From: Pseudovirgaria hyperparasitica
Taxonomy: Eukaryota
Length of the DNA: 64,000 nt
Strand: one strand, 5' to 3'
Assembly (NCBI GenBank): GCA_010093815.1
Contig: ML996569.1
Shown: positions 22,438 to 36,800 of the stretch, one piece after another
Numbering within the stretch: position 1 is the first letter of the stretch
Layout: each line of letters opens with the position of its first letter
Program-made: the position numbers and the translations under genes
Notes under the pieces: generated by a model
What the model saw: the letters and a program-made list of their open reading frames with translations, nothing else
What the model was told of the DNA's origin: nothing
Database searches by the model: none

Positions 22438-24709
22438 CGTGGCTGTAGGGGACCTCGGGTGGGTAGAGCACAGGAGCAATGGTGAGAACGTCGTTGACAG
22501 GATGATTGGGAGGCTAGTATGACACTCTCAAAGGGCGAGTGGGATGGGTCTGATACGCATGAAGAATTTGTCCGTTTATGAATGAAGCAAGGGGTACGTC
22601 ATGTGATCGTACTCCCTTTCAACACCATCAGAACTTTTCACAGGTCTCCTTCACCGTTACGAAAGTCTCACGATGTAGCAACTTCAGTGACCCGAAAAAG
22701 TGTGACTGGTGGTACAAAATTGCCAAGGGCATGATTGTGGGGTCGCATCATCTCGAGAATCTACAGCAACGCAGTGCAATCGTGATAAGTCCCCCCCGAG
22801 TATGCTTTCAATATCATTAAATCCACGTCTCCCAAGGATAGAAATCTCCAGATATGTAAAGCTCACACCCATCTCCCTTTTGCAATGCCTATTAATGACC
22901 TTTTGACCCTTAGAAGAATTCCACGATAGCGAAACTGCCTGAAATACCTCGCTACTGACTTCATGTGTGCAGCCAGGAGGTCTATGGTGTTACAGGATGA
23001 CCGAACTACGTTTTCATAGCCTAAAGCCTCACTCTTCTGCATTTAATATGGCCAGATACAAACGTAGTGCTCAAATATCAAGCTCATCAATCGTCTCACC
23101 AGCATACATGTAGTACTCAAGCGAAATTTCCTTGGAGTAGTATCCATAAATTTTCAGTAAAGATGTCGTTGTATAGCATGAAACATGCACAGCCTTGCTT
23201 ATCTACAGCCTGCCGTCCTGTTTGATGGTTATGCACGAGCCTATTGTCGCTGGTATTCGAGAAGGTCAAATTGACAAAAACAGAAGTACGAATCACTCAC
23301 TGGACCTACAGCAGTTCGTCGGTGGGCATCTTGGACCCCCTAACCAGATGAGGAAATCTTAGATGGTTTAGGAGCTCATGAGTTCTGCATCCCCATTATG
23401 TTCAGATGAAAGGGAAGTGATGTGTGATACGGCGAGGCGTTGTGCATTGGCATACATCTTTTCCGGAAAGTCTGTCCGACAGAGTCGATATCTGAAAGTT
23501 GACGCTTATTGAATCAAACTGATGAAGTCATAAGTTCAATAATTGAGTTATGAACGCTATAGAAGTCTATAGCCCAAAATCGGCGAGCACAATCGCCATG
23601 TCACCACTTGCTTTCTACGGCTGTCTTGTGCCGTGAGTCGAAGACGACGATAATCCTCTTCTTTCCTTCTATCATGGCTATAGGAGTGCAGAACTGTTGA
23701 AGATATCGTGCTTGCCCAGGAATTTGTAGGTCGTCCATCCTGACAATGGGTGGTGGTCTAACTGAGTCCGTATGATTGAAGCTAGGCTTAATTAGGATCT
23801 ATTAATTCATCCCTTTAAGGCCCCGAAATGGATTCCGAGCCTGCCCAGCTCTGATTGAATTCCTTTGCTGCAATTCTTAGCTACCTTAGCTACCACAACT
23901 GATTACGGCGGAAACGATAAGTCCTGGTCTTGTTGGTCTCCTTCGATGACGCGGCATGCGTCACATGCTCGCTTAACGCAGAAGTTTACGTTGATGTCTC
24001 GCAAGTCATGAAAGACGCAGCGCGACGCGACCCAGGCCGCGACCATCTTCTGCAGAGTGCCCCGATGGTCGAGGTGGGCCAGATCCTGGGTTTGCTCTAT
24101 GGACACGCGCGAAAGTTTCACGTGTCGTACAGGTGAATAGCAATAACAGCGTGTCTGCCTTACCGTGCGCCACGACCGCCTTCCCTGGTACATTAAGCAC
24201 ACCAACGTCATCAGTGCAGCGACTACCTGTATAACGAATTAAGTATGAGCAAGCAAGGCTGTCTCAAGATACCGTACGGCGTTTTAGCGTCCCCGGACCG
24301 CTGCTTTGCAGTCATGCAAGAAAGCCATCACTTGTATCGATTGGGTATGAGCGCTTCGGGTAGAGGTGATGCGCTTCACTCTTGATTGATTAATTAATCA
24401 AGGTCAGCGAGAAGCTCACATGGAAGTCATGCGCATTGGCTTAGTGTCTACATGACCATTGACACGTCTGGGGGCTCAACATGTTAGAGGCAGCCAAACA
24501 TAGAAACGAGGGCTGAGTGGCAGCTACGACACATGCAGCCCGCCATACAGCTGGCCATTGCACAGCCTGTTGGCAATATCAGACAGCATATGTAGGATGC
24601 CCGGTCCAACCATCCACTGTACGTATTGTCGATGCTCTTTTACAGCTAAGACAGCGAAGAGACCTGGCCCCAGAGCAGATCTTTACTATTTTCCGGAGTC
24701 AAACTCAAG

Positions 24710-25842
24710 ATGAAAGCCGAGCTCATGCATACGGAAAGCCACAAGGCTATGGTGGAGATATGTGATTGGAGAGCTGAGATCATCTCAACCTTCATTCGCG
24801 AGCGTTCGACAGTCTTCAACGAACTAATGATATTGAGAAAGAGGGTGAGACGCTTTTTAAGCCCTTAATGATGTATCTGATTCATTGATAGGGTTGGGAA
24901 AACCCTGCAGGGGACACGTTCTTCAAGAAACGACGTCAAGTAGCTGACAATGCCGACGCAAAAACTAAGCTTGCGTTTTTGAACATAATGCAAGAAATTG
25001 CTGAACAAATGGACGCCAAGATGGATATCATAGGGAACAATGAAGCTACCCGCCGAGAGTTTCACATACTGGATCTTTGTCTAGCGCCAGGTGGTTTTGC
25101 AAAGTATTTCAAGAATTCCATCCCGAATTCGAAGGTATGGGGGTTCAGTCTTCCAAAATCATCTGGTGGTCATGAGGTGTTGCTCGATCTACGACAAAAT
25201 TGGCTAGAAGTCACGTTTCAGGACGTTACTATGCTGATGGACGAGATCCTTGGAGGCGCGAGCGATCAATCAGAGTCTGTAAAGGATCATATTGAAGCTG
25301 AGCAGCTTCGAAGCCAATGGCCCTACTCCACGCAAAAATTTGACTTGGTCATCTGTGACGGACAAGTACTTCGGACCCATCAGCGGGCAGAGTATCGACA
25401 GTCCAGCGAGCCTAAAAGGCTTGCCTTGAGTCAGTTGATAATAGCCCTGCAGAGGCTCACTCCTGGCGGAACACTGATTATGCTGCTTCATAAGATAGAA
25501 GCGTGGGATAACATTCAAGTCCTGTCTACCTTTCAACAGTTTTCAGACATCTGTTTTTTCAAGCCCAAGCCATATCATGCTATACAGTCCTCATTCTACC
25601 TAGTGGCAAAGAATGTGAGATCCGAGAGTAGCGCTGCCTTGGACGCAATCATGAAGTGGAGAGAAGCCTGGAAAGCTGCTACCTTTGAAGGCCCGTTGAC
25701 TGAATATGACACAGAGGAGGAGATCATGAAGGTCTTGGGGAATTTTGGGGATGCTTACGTCAAGATGGCTGAGCCAGTCTTTGAAATCCAGAAACTCGCG
25801 CTGGAGCGATCTAGCTTCTGCAAGGCACGACCTCTCAAATGA
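24710..25842 (+). CDS. FtsJ/RrmJ-like SAM-dependent methyltransferase
   Basis: Exon 24710-24844, intron 24845-24891. Motifs ILDLCLAPGGF (SAM binding), DLVICDG, PGGTLIMLLHK and FKPKPYHAIQSSFYLVA. Confidence 0.85.
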
Positions 25843-26457
25843 ATCATGAACTCAGAGTTGAAACACATTCCCGTAGTTAATACTTCCTACTTCGCTGTAT
25901 ACACCACTTCTGACCTGGGAAGTCGGACATGTATCAACCATATCAGGGTCCTTTGAGTTTCGCAATCAAAGCGTGCACGTAGATTAGGCTACGAGACTAA
26001 CATTTTGCAGTGCAACTATTCACTGCCAGAGCTAACGAGAGATGATTTGCAAATCAAGACAACACTGAAATTATAGATACAACCCAAGATTGTCATGAAC
26101 TGGGCAATCAGATTGGCTGACGCTACATTCGCTGATCTGCCTAGCATGGGCCCTGACAATTTATTACACCCGATACTAAAATAAGAGTCTAAGCTCAGAA
26201 AAAAAGATCAGGATTGTTGAATGATGTGCCTGTGACCGTGCCAGTGGGCCTGGATGTATGTAGGATCTGTATTTCGGAAGCTATGGGGCAGTCTCCCACA
26301 AGCGTGACGACCTCATCTCAACCCATCCATCTCTATCTCAACACCCGTAACAAGAGTCGCATATATTGCTACTCGTCGCACACGTTCATATAAAGTAACA
26401 TAATCTCCACCCCAGCAGCCGAACATCGCTCGATGTTTGTTGCATATCTCGTAAGCC

Positions 26458-26863
26458 CTAGGCCCAGCGCCAGAAGCGCGCTGCAAGTTGTCCACCGCGC
26501 ACCACCGCATTACCTCCAACGATGACTCCCTGGGTGATCAACCCTGCAGTCGCAGTCCCAGCTCCTCCCATAGCAGCGCTTTGGGCCACAGCAAAGATGC
26601 TGCCGGTCGCCGTAGTAGCGGTCTGGCAACCAGCTGCGATGGAGTCTATTCTGTCCTAAGCTGCCGTGCATATTATTGAGAGATGAGGAGCACTTACTTG
26701 CGATTGGACCCGCGACTCCAAAGCCTACTGCGCCCAGTACTGGTGTAAAAACCACAGATGGCGCGATAATTGCGACTCCTTGGGCGGCGTATAGGGCGGT
26801 CCTCCCAGGATTTTCGACGATGTAGTCTCCGACGGTCTTGCCTGCTGCGAGAATAGACTCCAT
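26458..26863 (-). CDS. Small Gly/Ala-rich membrane protein with IFI6/IFI27 (ISG12)-like motif, 117 aa
   Basis: Intron 26646-26697 gives ...PVLGAVGFGVAGPIANSIAAGCQTATTATGSIFAVAQSAAMGG.... This resembles the ISG12 pattern LxAxGFxxxGIxxxSxAA...GSxxAxxQS. Confidence 0.65.
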
Positions 26864-27893
26864 TGAGCTGAGTAACAGTGAAAAATTCTAGAGGTACTGA
26901 CAATGACGAATTGAGCAGAGTGCGTTGCAGAAAAACGCGAGGAGAATGCTCTATCTGGATTAAGTGTGGTGGGGAATGTGCAGTTACACAGCCACAATAC
27001 TTTCCAGAGGAACGTAGACCATTCAATATCATGCAGCAAAAAGAGGACCTTCTTAAGCGACCGGTGCCTAATTGTGGCACATGCGTCGCTATGGACGTAT
27101 GGTGCTGGTCCAGGTGTCAAGGCAAAGAAGCACCATGGAAGCCTTGCGCAGTGCATTAATTGTACACATCATCAGCTTGACGACAAGCCTATTGGCAGTC
27201 GTAGGTACCTCAGACCCGAAATATGAAGCTTCCGATGGTATTTCCAATCATACAGTCCTGTACACTCGCTTCCATGCGAGGATTATCCCAGCAATCAAAT
27301 CAAGATGTCGATGTTTTCTTTTTCCCAATTACCATGCAAGTCGCACATCGATCTGTGCCCGGAAGTAAGCTTGGACGAAGAGTCGTGTTACGCATCAAAA
27401 CGTGTCGGTGCTTTTTCCTAACTGCTTCTCGAATTCTTGTATCCTTTTGTTGGGCGGTTTAGGATCTTATGATTTGAATTCGGGTTACACCACAACACTT
27501 TAAAGCTTCAGCTCGTATCGTTTGAGTCTCTGAAGCGACGTCGGTACCCACAACTCACCTGGAGATTCCGTGCAATTCACTTGTTGAAGATCAAATATAG
27601 TACCTGCTCAATTGCTTGTAGAACATCAAGTGATTCACTGGCTCGGGATCTCCTTATAACCGGTCGAATGCAAAGACCTGCTCATTTTTTAGTGGTTTAT
27701 ATCTTTTCACCTAGAATCTGTGCGTTATTTATTCACTGCGCCCCTGTTCGTGGCGTAGCACGCAAATATATTCTTCAGGCTCACCTTTTAGAACTCATCA
27801 GAGTTTTCTCACTACCCTTTCCGAAAATCTTTAGTCAAACTGTATCAAGATTCAATCTTCCATTGACTTGTCCTTATTCGAAATCTTGACACG

Positions 27894-30800
27894 ATGGAAA
27901 GCCGTTTCGTCCCTGGTAGGCTCTCAACCGAGAGTCTCCAACACATCATCAATCATGTTTTCTTGCCTCCGAAGCTTCCACAAGAGGATGATCTCTCCGT
28001 AGACAATGACCTCAAACTTATCACTGCTGTCCTAGAAGCCCTAAAGGACTTTTCGGTGTGTCTCAATGACCTTGAGGTATCGGCTACCTTAAAAATAACC
28101 ACCAGCATGATCGACCGGATGATATCTGCGGCACCAAATGGAACACCTCTGGAAAATCTGGTCGAGAAGCAGATGAATAGTATGATGGTAAACGGTATGT
28201 AAATCCCGCTGATGTTGTCCCTCACACTCGATTATTCAGCTTATGACCGGAACAGATGTGTTAGCATTCAATGTGAAGGCTCAGAATGCAGCGCTCCTGA
28301 TACGTTGTCACGAATCAAAGTACATCTTTGAGGCCTTTGAGGTTTCGTGTCCAAACGCGAGTGTTACAGGAACTAAGGGCCGCCTGAACAGAATCTTCCC
28401 GCAAGAAGCCATCATGATCTCTTCTAGCATCATGAGCGATCCAGCATTTCGGCTGCCGTTCTCTGATATGCTTGTTGATTTGGCTAAAACGACACCTGAA
28501 GACGCCTACAAGATTTCCCGGAAGGCTCAACGTAATCTACCAGAAATACGAGACGTAATTGATCCCCGATACTTTACTGAGCTCGCATTCGGAATACTTC
28601 GTGGCATAGGCACTCCAGTAGAGATTCCACGCATTGAAAAGCGGGCCCAAGACGAAGTCCTCTGGTCAGACACTTATTGCTGCTGGCGGAGGTCACCATT
28701 GTGGACCGTGCTACGTGTAAGTTATCACTCTAAGCACTGATGCAGTCAAAGAAGCTGAACTAATCCATGCTATCTAGGTCGCTATTCAGACTACCCTCAT
28801 GCGACAGATTGGTCCAGATCGTGGCTGCGCAGTGTACAAGGCATTCATGATCCATTTCATGACCCGGCTGCTCATGCAAGCGACACGTGGCAACATGTGT
28901 AGCGATATTCTTTATACAATGCATAGAAAGATTGTTCGACGGTTGCATAAGTTATCCGAGATGAACGAAACTGAGTCCTTCACTTCACTGGCAGGTAAAT
29001 CTACATGGGGTTCGCATATTGAGAATACCATTGAAGCCAGCTATAAGGCTTTGAAATGTAGATGGCATCAGTTGGAATCATGTGCCGATCCTTTCAAGAC
29101 GCAGAGTGCCTGGGATGTATCACGGTTGTCGTTCCAGGATGATACATATCTCAAGATCAAGACTCTGAGATCGTCTCTCGACGCGGTGTTACACCGTCCA
29201 CCCCAGAGCTATAACACAAGGGAAGCTGATATCGGATTTTCCGCCCGCATCTCTAAGATCCCAAACTCCTTGCCTAATATAAATGCATTGGCACAGTCAA
29301 CTGGTCAAGCACAGCGCATCCTACTGTGCGATATTGAAATGTGGATCCAGGATTGCCTGGTCGACTGGACAGACTGCAACTTGAGCAAATCAGACGTCTG
29401 CTCCGATCTTGCCACACTGATGACTGCATATTCAACAGCCGGTCGAGCCTGCTATGTCGATGACCAGGAAGGGCTCTCGCGAATGTTTCTTGTCGTTATG
29501 GAGCTTTGGGTGTGTCTGGATAGAATTGTCACTAGACACGAACCGATGCTGCTTGATCATCCAATAGGTTTCGCGCCAGATCTGTTTGATCCTCTTCTCC
29601 TGCCTTCGAAGTCTCAAATGGCAAGACTTGCTGCTGTTGAAAGCTATCTGACTTCGAGACGTCAGAGCTGCCGTGCCCAGTATCCTTCTATATTTAATGC
29701 CTTTGGCGATAGTAATTCTTTGCCTGTTCGGTATTTTGACGGGTCTGAGAAGCACCAAGAGCTACACAGAACCATCGAAAGAGAAGCCAATACTGTCCGA
29801 GCAAGCAGGTTAGAACTTTTCCGAGCAGAACGTCACCGCTACAACGACTTGTCAAGGAAAGCTAACCAGGCTTCCCATGAACGAATTCAGAAGTCGGGAT
29901 GGGACTGGTACAATGAGGAGACCATAAGCTGGGAGGAGAATGCTTGCCCTCATTGCCAAAAATGCCGGTGGGAGAAAGAAGCCGCAGGATTAAAGATTAG
30001 ACGACATGAGTGGCCTTTGCCATCCAAATTAGCGGAAGCCAAAACAGCTGTCTTCGAGCTAGATTGTCCTAAAGCGATCAGTGTATGGAGGGACATGACC
30101 TACTTTGTTATGGTTGACGTCCTCACAAGTCCCCAGAACTTGCCACGCGATGTTCCAGCCACTGGAAAGTATGGACTGGAAAATTACGACGCATTGCGGG
30201 CTCATTTCATCTCGGACCAGAACCGCATTGTCATCAGGTCTGCCACGAAACCGATTCATGTATCGCATTACCGAGACGCAGATATTTCAAGTGCTACAGA
30301 ACAGTCGATATGCGTCGAGCACGCGATGCAATACGATATTCATGATTCTAGAAACGAGAAAGCTGCACATAAGTTTATCGGGTACGCGGATGTTCGCAAA
30401 GCATGTTCGCAACCAATAATGGACAAGAACTATGAAGGCTTACAGTCCTGGGTTGACAACACGACGCATCAACCCAATGAGGTGATTGCGAAGCAGTCAG
30501 AGTGTCCGCTCGAATTGTCTGTTCATGAATACCTCTCGTTTGGACACCTCCGCTCTGGTCCCTATCTACAGTGGCATAACATTGCGCGGGCGCTGATCGA
30601 CGGCACCTTGAACTTTAATACAGAAGCAGTGAGTGTTATCCTTGCCCAATGCGCATGGCAGGCTGGTCCATGTTGCGCTGAGGATGATCCAACCATGCGG
30701 GCCTCCCATGGAACGCTAAGCGCTCCCCCTTTTTGTCTTGACCTGCTTGATGCTCTCGAGGAGCTTTTGTCCAACACAAAAGAGAATTGGCAAGGTATCA

Positions 30801-33800
30801 TGTCCATTCAAATCCTTGTCACCCTTACAAGCCGGATCCTAAGCCTAGCGTCGCATAAAGATGTCCGACAGAAGTGCCTTGACATTCTTTGTGAAGCGCG
30901 TAATGTGACTTTCGCATGGACTCGGAAGCTGAAAGAGAAGCTCTCGACCTGCTTTGAGGAAAACGAACGGAAGCAATGGATGGACGTCAGCATCGAAATT
31001 GCACTTTGCTGTTACAGTACTTTTGCATTGGATCTTCCGGACATCGAATTGTTACTTACTTCTGAGGATCTTGTCGCAAAACTGACCGAATGCATGATTA
31101 CAATCGATGAACTACGTCCAACATCAATTGGTAAACTTCCTCGACACATGAGAAGCTCTCTTCTTAGATTTTCTAGGGTAGCACAGATTGTGGAGGAAGT
31201 TCTGTGCAGGGTCATCCTTCGAAACGGCAATGGACTGAATCGGAGTATCACTAGTTTATGGGAGTCCTACAGCCCTGGTAGTCCCTGGCAGATAGCTGTA
31301 CGCGGGCAGCGTGAATGGTTGATGACAAAAACGGCCGAGACAACAGACTCTGGCACGGTACCAGTGTACTTCAATCTACTGACAGGGAGTCTACTTGTGA
31401 ATGGGTCACCTCTTACGCGGCTTCCTACTACTTACGAGCGAAATGCATCCTACCTAAGGCTATTCTCTAAGGTAAGAACATGCATGTCCATAGGAGATGG
31501 AGACTGATATTATCATAGATGTATATCACTGTGATACCGTCAACTATGCGGGGGATGCGGTATGAAAGTCGAACGTCTGTATTCGGATATCAGGTAAGAT
31601 CTCCTGTAAGTACGCAGCTCGCGCCGACATACTGATTTGTTCCGCAAGGTACATTTCTTACTTGATGGTCCAAACCTTGTAATTTGTGCAAGAAAGGAGA
31701 GTGAAACCTTTCGTATTCTACCCACGGACCTGTTGTTTGACGATTTCCCTCCCGCTTTTATCAGTGGATACTCCCATTGGCTGAACCTTTCGACAAAAGA
31801 ATTGGAATTTCGCCCTATTACCAACCCTTGGGTCACATGCAAGTCAAACTGGAGGATACAAAGTTTAGGGGACGCAACCAACATTCTGTCATTGGAAAAA
31901 CTTTTACACCTCGACATGCCTACAATTACTGCGGAAAAGCTTTTACACATCGACATGCATACAATCACTGCTCACCGCATTTACCAGGTGCTGAGCCCGA
32001 TTGAACGTAGGGAACACATCCACATTTCCTATCATCCAGCCTCCCAATCTGTGGACGTCCATCTTATACGCCTACGCCTCGACTTCTTTATCAACGGAAG
32101 CGGGGTACTCGAATGCAGACAACGTCGAAATATGGAAGTAGACAAAAATCAGTCTTGCGGTACATTCACAGGTGTTCGCAATAAGTTGATTCTCCGCTCG
32201 AACAAAGACTCACATCGCTGCATTATCGTCCCATTCGGGGAAGTCAAGCTAGTATCACGAGAGAACCATACCGAGGTCCAGGTGGAGACTAGTAGTGAAA
32301 GCGACATTGAGTATTTTTATTACGAACTAGACATCACGCTGCGTCGTCTGAAAGATAATGATAGCATGAAAAGCTGTTTATTTCGAACTCTGCTTCATGC
32401 TACCTCAAGTCATTGCCTACCGGACTGCTTCACTGGTAGAACAGGTACTGAACAGGCGATTGCCAATCTCAAAGATGCAAGCACGTTATCGTTCCGCACC
32501 TTGAGTTCAGAAGAAATTCAGATCTTGGTGCGGATTGGACAGCTCACTCCGCATCGGGTCTACTATCCTCAGCACATGGCAGTAATGCAAGAGGTAAAGT
32601 GGCATACGGTTCTGCCACCTCTGTCGCAACATGAATCTTTTTACAGTTTAGTTTCTGACATATTCAAGTGTGCACGGGCACAGAAAATGTTCTACACCAC
32701 CGAAGGTTTGCCAGACGAAGGTAGATTCGGTGAGCCAGCTCTCTTAGCTAGGGCAGAGATCCGCAACTCCATCTTTAGAGGAATCGACTATGGAGGTGAG
32801 AAGCATAGTACTGTTCATGACAAGGCGTACCAAGAGAGCACAAAAACCAAAGAGGCAAGTGTCTGTGGGCTGACATCCTTGGTGAATGCGTGGCCTAACC
32901 GGTTGAGTCCTCCGAGTACCCTTCTAAGCATCATTGAGGACTGGGAGGGTACACTCAGAGGGCAGAACGCATCTTCTCACCACGATTCTCTGAGATATAA
33001 CCACACCTGGAAAGGAACACCGGATATAATGTTGAATTCGTTTTGCGAGCTTCTTCATCTCCTTTCACATGCTCGAGAGGAGCAGCATAAATATCGCATG
33101 GCTATCAGTCTTAGTACCCTCGTATATTCCGATATGAACATGAACCCTCTATGCGAAGCTCTTCTGGGTTTTGCAACGCTACCAGAACTTCGAGCCCTGG
33201 TAATGCCGCATTACAGTACGTACAACTTGGGAGAGGGATATGAGCCTACACAAACCGCTCTAAAATATTTGATCAACAGTGCCGCGAAGGACTTCAGCCA
33301 ATGCCCGGAAGCCTTGTTGCCGGCTCTCAGATTCGAGAAAAAGTGGCAAAGTAATGATCGAAGACGTGGCCTACACACTGAGGCTAAAGAGAGCAAGGCA
33401 AATCAACTCGTGGATCAGCTACTTTTACTATGGCCTACCGATACAATCAACATCGCGAATCGAAGCATTTTTGCAACACATTTTAACCTAGACCAAATTT
33501 CTGAAAGTGCAAATACTAGATTCGCCAGCTGGTTCCGGAACAGGAAATTCAAGACCTTTATATCCCAGGCTCAGTCAATTCTCAACCGCCATCGGACTTC
33601 ACCTAGACATACTGCACCTTACAACTTCTCTCGCCTACCCCAGATATCTCGGAAGCAGACTACGCACTTAGACTGGAAACATTTGTTCTCGGGAGAGCCA
33701 CCTAGCATAGAGGCCACGGGAGGGATCGATATGTCGTTGTTTTTGAGGCCCAGTGCTTCTATGCGAGACTGCCAGCGGGTTAGAAGACTTATCGAGCGGG

Positions 33801-36800
33801 GTCGACTGGATTGCATTGGTACTTATGAGACGAATTATATGAGGGATATGCTTCGTAGCTTAGACCACCTACGAACAATCCCACCGGGAAGTCACCTGGA
33901 TCGTGCCAAGGAAGATCTACTACGCGAAGCCCTGGGAGACGCCTGTATTGATATGGAAAGCAAGGTCGACACGGCATTAGAGGCGGTAAGAAAGGCAACT
34001 ATCCGTAGAGATTCATGGTCAGATTCCATTGCCGCCTTGGTCACTACCTGGCCGCGTATGCAGCCCACTGCCTTGCTGAAACACCTCACTCAACAAGATA
34101 CGCTGAGTCCTGGTTGGACGAACGCCATCCTCCAGTATGGAATATTGATCACAAGATGGCAGTACTATAGACGCCTCAGCGCCCTTCCACTAGGCACAGC
34201 GGAGTTTCTCAAAGAGTTCAAGAACGTTGGTCACGATGGGTGGGACCCAGCTCAGTACCCGGAATGGCTATTGTTTGAAATTGAGAATAATCTCCTCATA
34301 CGGCCTGAGCAGGCTCAAGTAGCCAAGGAGATGCTCAAGCCCAGCTGCAAGAGTAATTGTGTTATGCAATTGAACATGGGAGAGGGCAAGTCATCAGTGA
34401 TTGCGCCCATAGTCGCTGCGACACTCGCCAAAGGGCAATATCTACCCCGGATGATTGTTCTGCCATCGCTCTTTGCCCAAATGTTTCATCTTCTGCGAGA
34501 AAAGCTAGGCGGGTTGATGGGTCACCGGGTTGTCGGAGTTCCCTTCTCTCGTTCAACGCCAATGTCATCTGATGAAGCACTCGTGATCCACGAAATGTAT
34601 GAAAGGCTCCTGCGAGAGCGATGCATTGTGCTTTGCCAGCCGGAGCACATCTTATCGTTCGATCTTATGGGCATTGAGAAGTCCAACAGCACCATTATTA
34701 CACCGCTCGCGTCCACTTTAGTCAAGACACAGCGGTGGATCGATGAAAATACGCGTGACATTCTTGATGAGAGTGATGAGATTCTCAACGTCAAATTTGA
34801 GTTGATCTACACCATGGGCCAGCAGACTGCTATTGACTTCAGTCCACAACGCTGGGAAGTCATTGCCAGCGTTCTTCGTAGACTGAGACATCGCCTGAGG
34901 GATGATGCGAGGGCCGGGAAGCAGCCCGAAGGCTTATCTGTCCAGGACACAAGACCAGAGGGTTTCCCTCGCCTTCAAATTCTAGAGCAAAACGACGGTG
35001 AAGATCTCATGAAGCGCGTGGTCTACGACTTGATCACCGAAGGAGGAGTGCAGGGTCTTCCACTCTTAAGCCTCAATAGCAGCGAGAGACAGTCACTGAT
35101 CCACTACATATTGGATCCAAAAGCTCCCGGGCCCAGTAAGAGTATCGCATTGGAGAGAATCTTCAGCTCCCCTGAGACGCGTTCCATACTGCTTTTACTA
35201 AAAGGGCTCTTCGGACACGGTGTCCTGCTCTTTGTGTTCCAACAAAAACGATGGCGCGTAAACTACGGGCATGACTTCTCGAGAAGTCTGCTCGCAGTAC
35301 CGTACAGAGCAAAGGATCTTCCTGCATCTCGAGCTGAATTCAGCCATCCAGATGCAACGATTCTGCTCACATGTCTGAGTTACTACTATAAGGGCCTGAC
35401 CAACGATCAATTGTTCCAGTGCTTTGATGAACTCCTAAGATCTGACGATTCAACTGGTCAATATGCATCATGGACTTCGGAGGTCAGCAGTATGCCTGAT
35501 GCATTTCGCGCACTTTCAGGGGTGAATCTCAAGGACAGGTTGCAATGCACTATGGAACTGTTTCCAAGAATCAGGAACTCCAAAGCTGTCGTTGACTTCT
35601 TTATGTCGCGTTTGGTGTTCCCGAATGAAATGAAAGAGTTCCCGAGCAAGCTATCATCATCGGGATGGGACATTGCGCAAGTGAAGCGGCATCCGACGAC
35701 AGGATTCTCGGGGACCAACGACTCCAGATACTTGTTGCCACTCTCCGTCCAGCAGTATGACATTCCGGACCAAGTGCACACCAATGCGACTGTGCTGGAG
35801 TGCATACTGCAACCACATAACACCTACCAAGTCATTCCTGGGGCAGGTAATGCTAAATCTTTGCTTGATCTCGTCGTTGGCGCGCAACCGGAAATACGGG
35901 TCATTCTCGACGTTGGTGCTCTCGTACTCGAATGGAGGAACGATGAGATGGCTCGCAATTGGTTAGAGCGTATTCCGTCTGACCGGATTGAGGGCGTTGT
36001 GTACTTCGATGAGAACGACGAAGTCATGGTACTCACCCGAGATGGGCGGATACAGTTGCTTCAGGAGTCTCCTATGCAAAAGCAGATGGACACTTGTCTC
36101 GTTTATCTTGATGAAGCGCACACACGTGGTACTGACCTGAAACTCCCGTCCGACTACCGCGCAGCGGCCACGCTTGGACTTGGGTTGTCCAAGGACAGAC
36201 TTGTACAAGGTGAGTACACCTCTCCTCTATACATCAGCTTGTCTAATATGTTTTCTAGCCTGCATGAGAATGAGGAAGCTTGCACACGGTCAGTCTGTCA
36301 TGCTGTGTGCTCCAATGGAGATTGAGCGTAAGATTCGCCAGCACGCGAAGAAGGTGAGCGGAGCTGCCCTTGACGTTGAGGATGTTCTGCTTTGGAGCAT
36401 TCAGAACACGCATCACTACACCAAAAAGTGTGTTCCACTATGGGCTATTCAAGGCATGCGACACCAGCGTCGGAAGGTGGTCTGGAGCGGCGAAGGCAAT
36501 TCGCAAGTGTTGCTCGAGCCAGAGTCGAAGTCTCTGGAGGACTGGTATGGTGTGGTAGGTCAGCCTGATCACCCAGACTGGCTGCAGAGATATGGTCCAG
36601 ACGTGCTCTCGCAGAGATCACGCGAAGTTCAAAAGATCCAGCGTAAGATGAAAGACTTTGAGACGTCGTCAATCGATGATGCGGCCCTTCATGAAGAGCA
36701 AGAGCGGGAACTCTCACCAGAGTGCGAATTGCAAAGACAACGTGAGGTCCCGCCCACTACGGATCCAGTACGACATAGTCTCCACCGGGATATCGTCGTG

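Noticed and set aside
23280..23520. Minus-strand fragments (MYANAQR, LIWLG) faintly resembling HET motifs
   Set aside because: Too short, discontinuous and interrupted by a stop; not distinguishable from chance.
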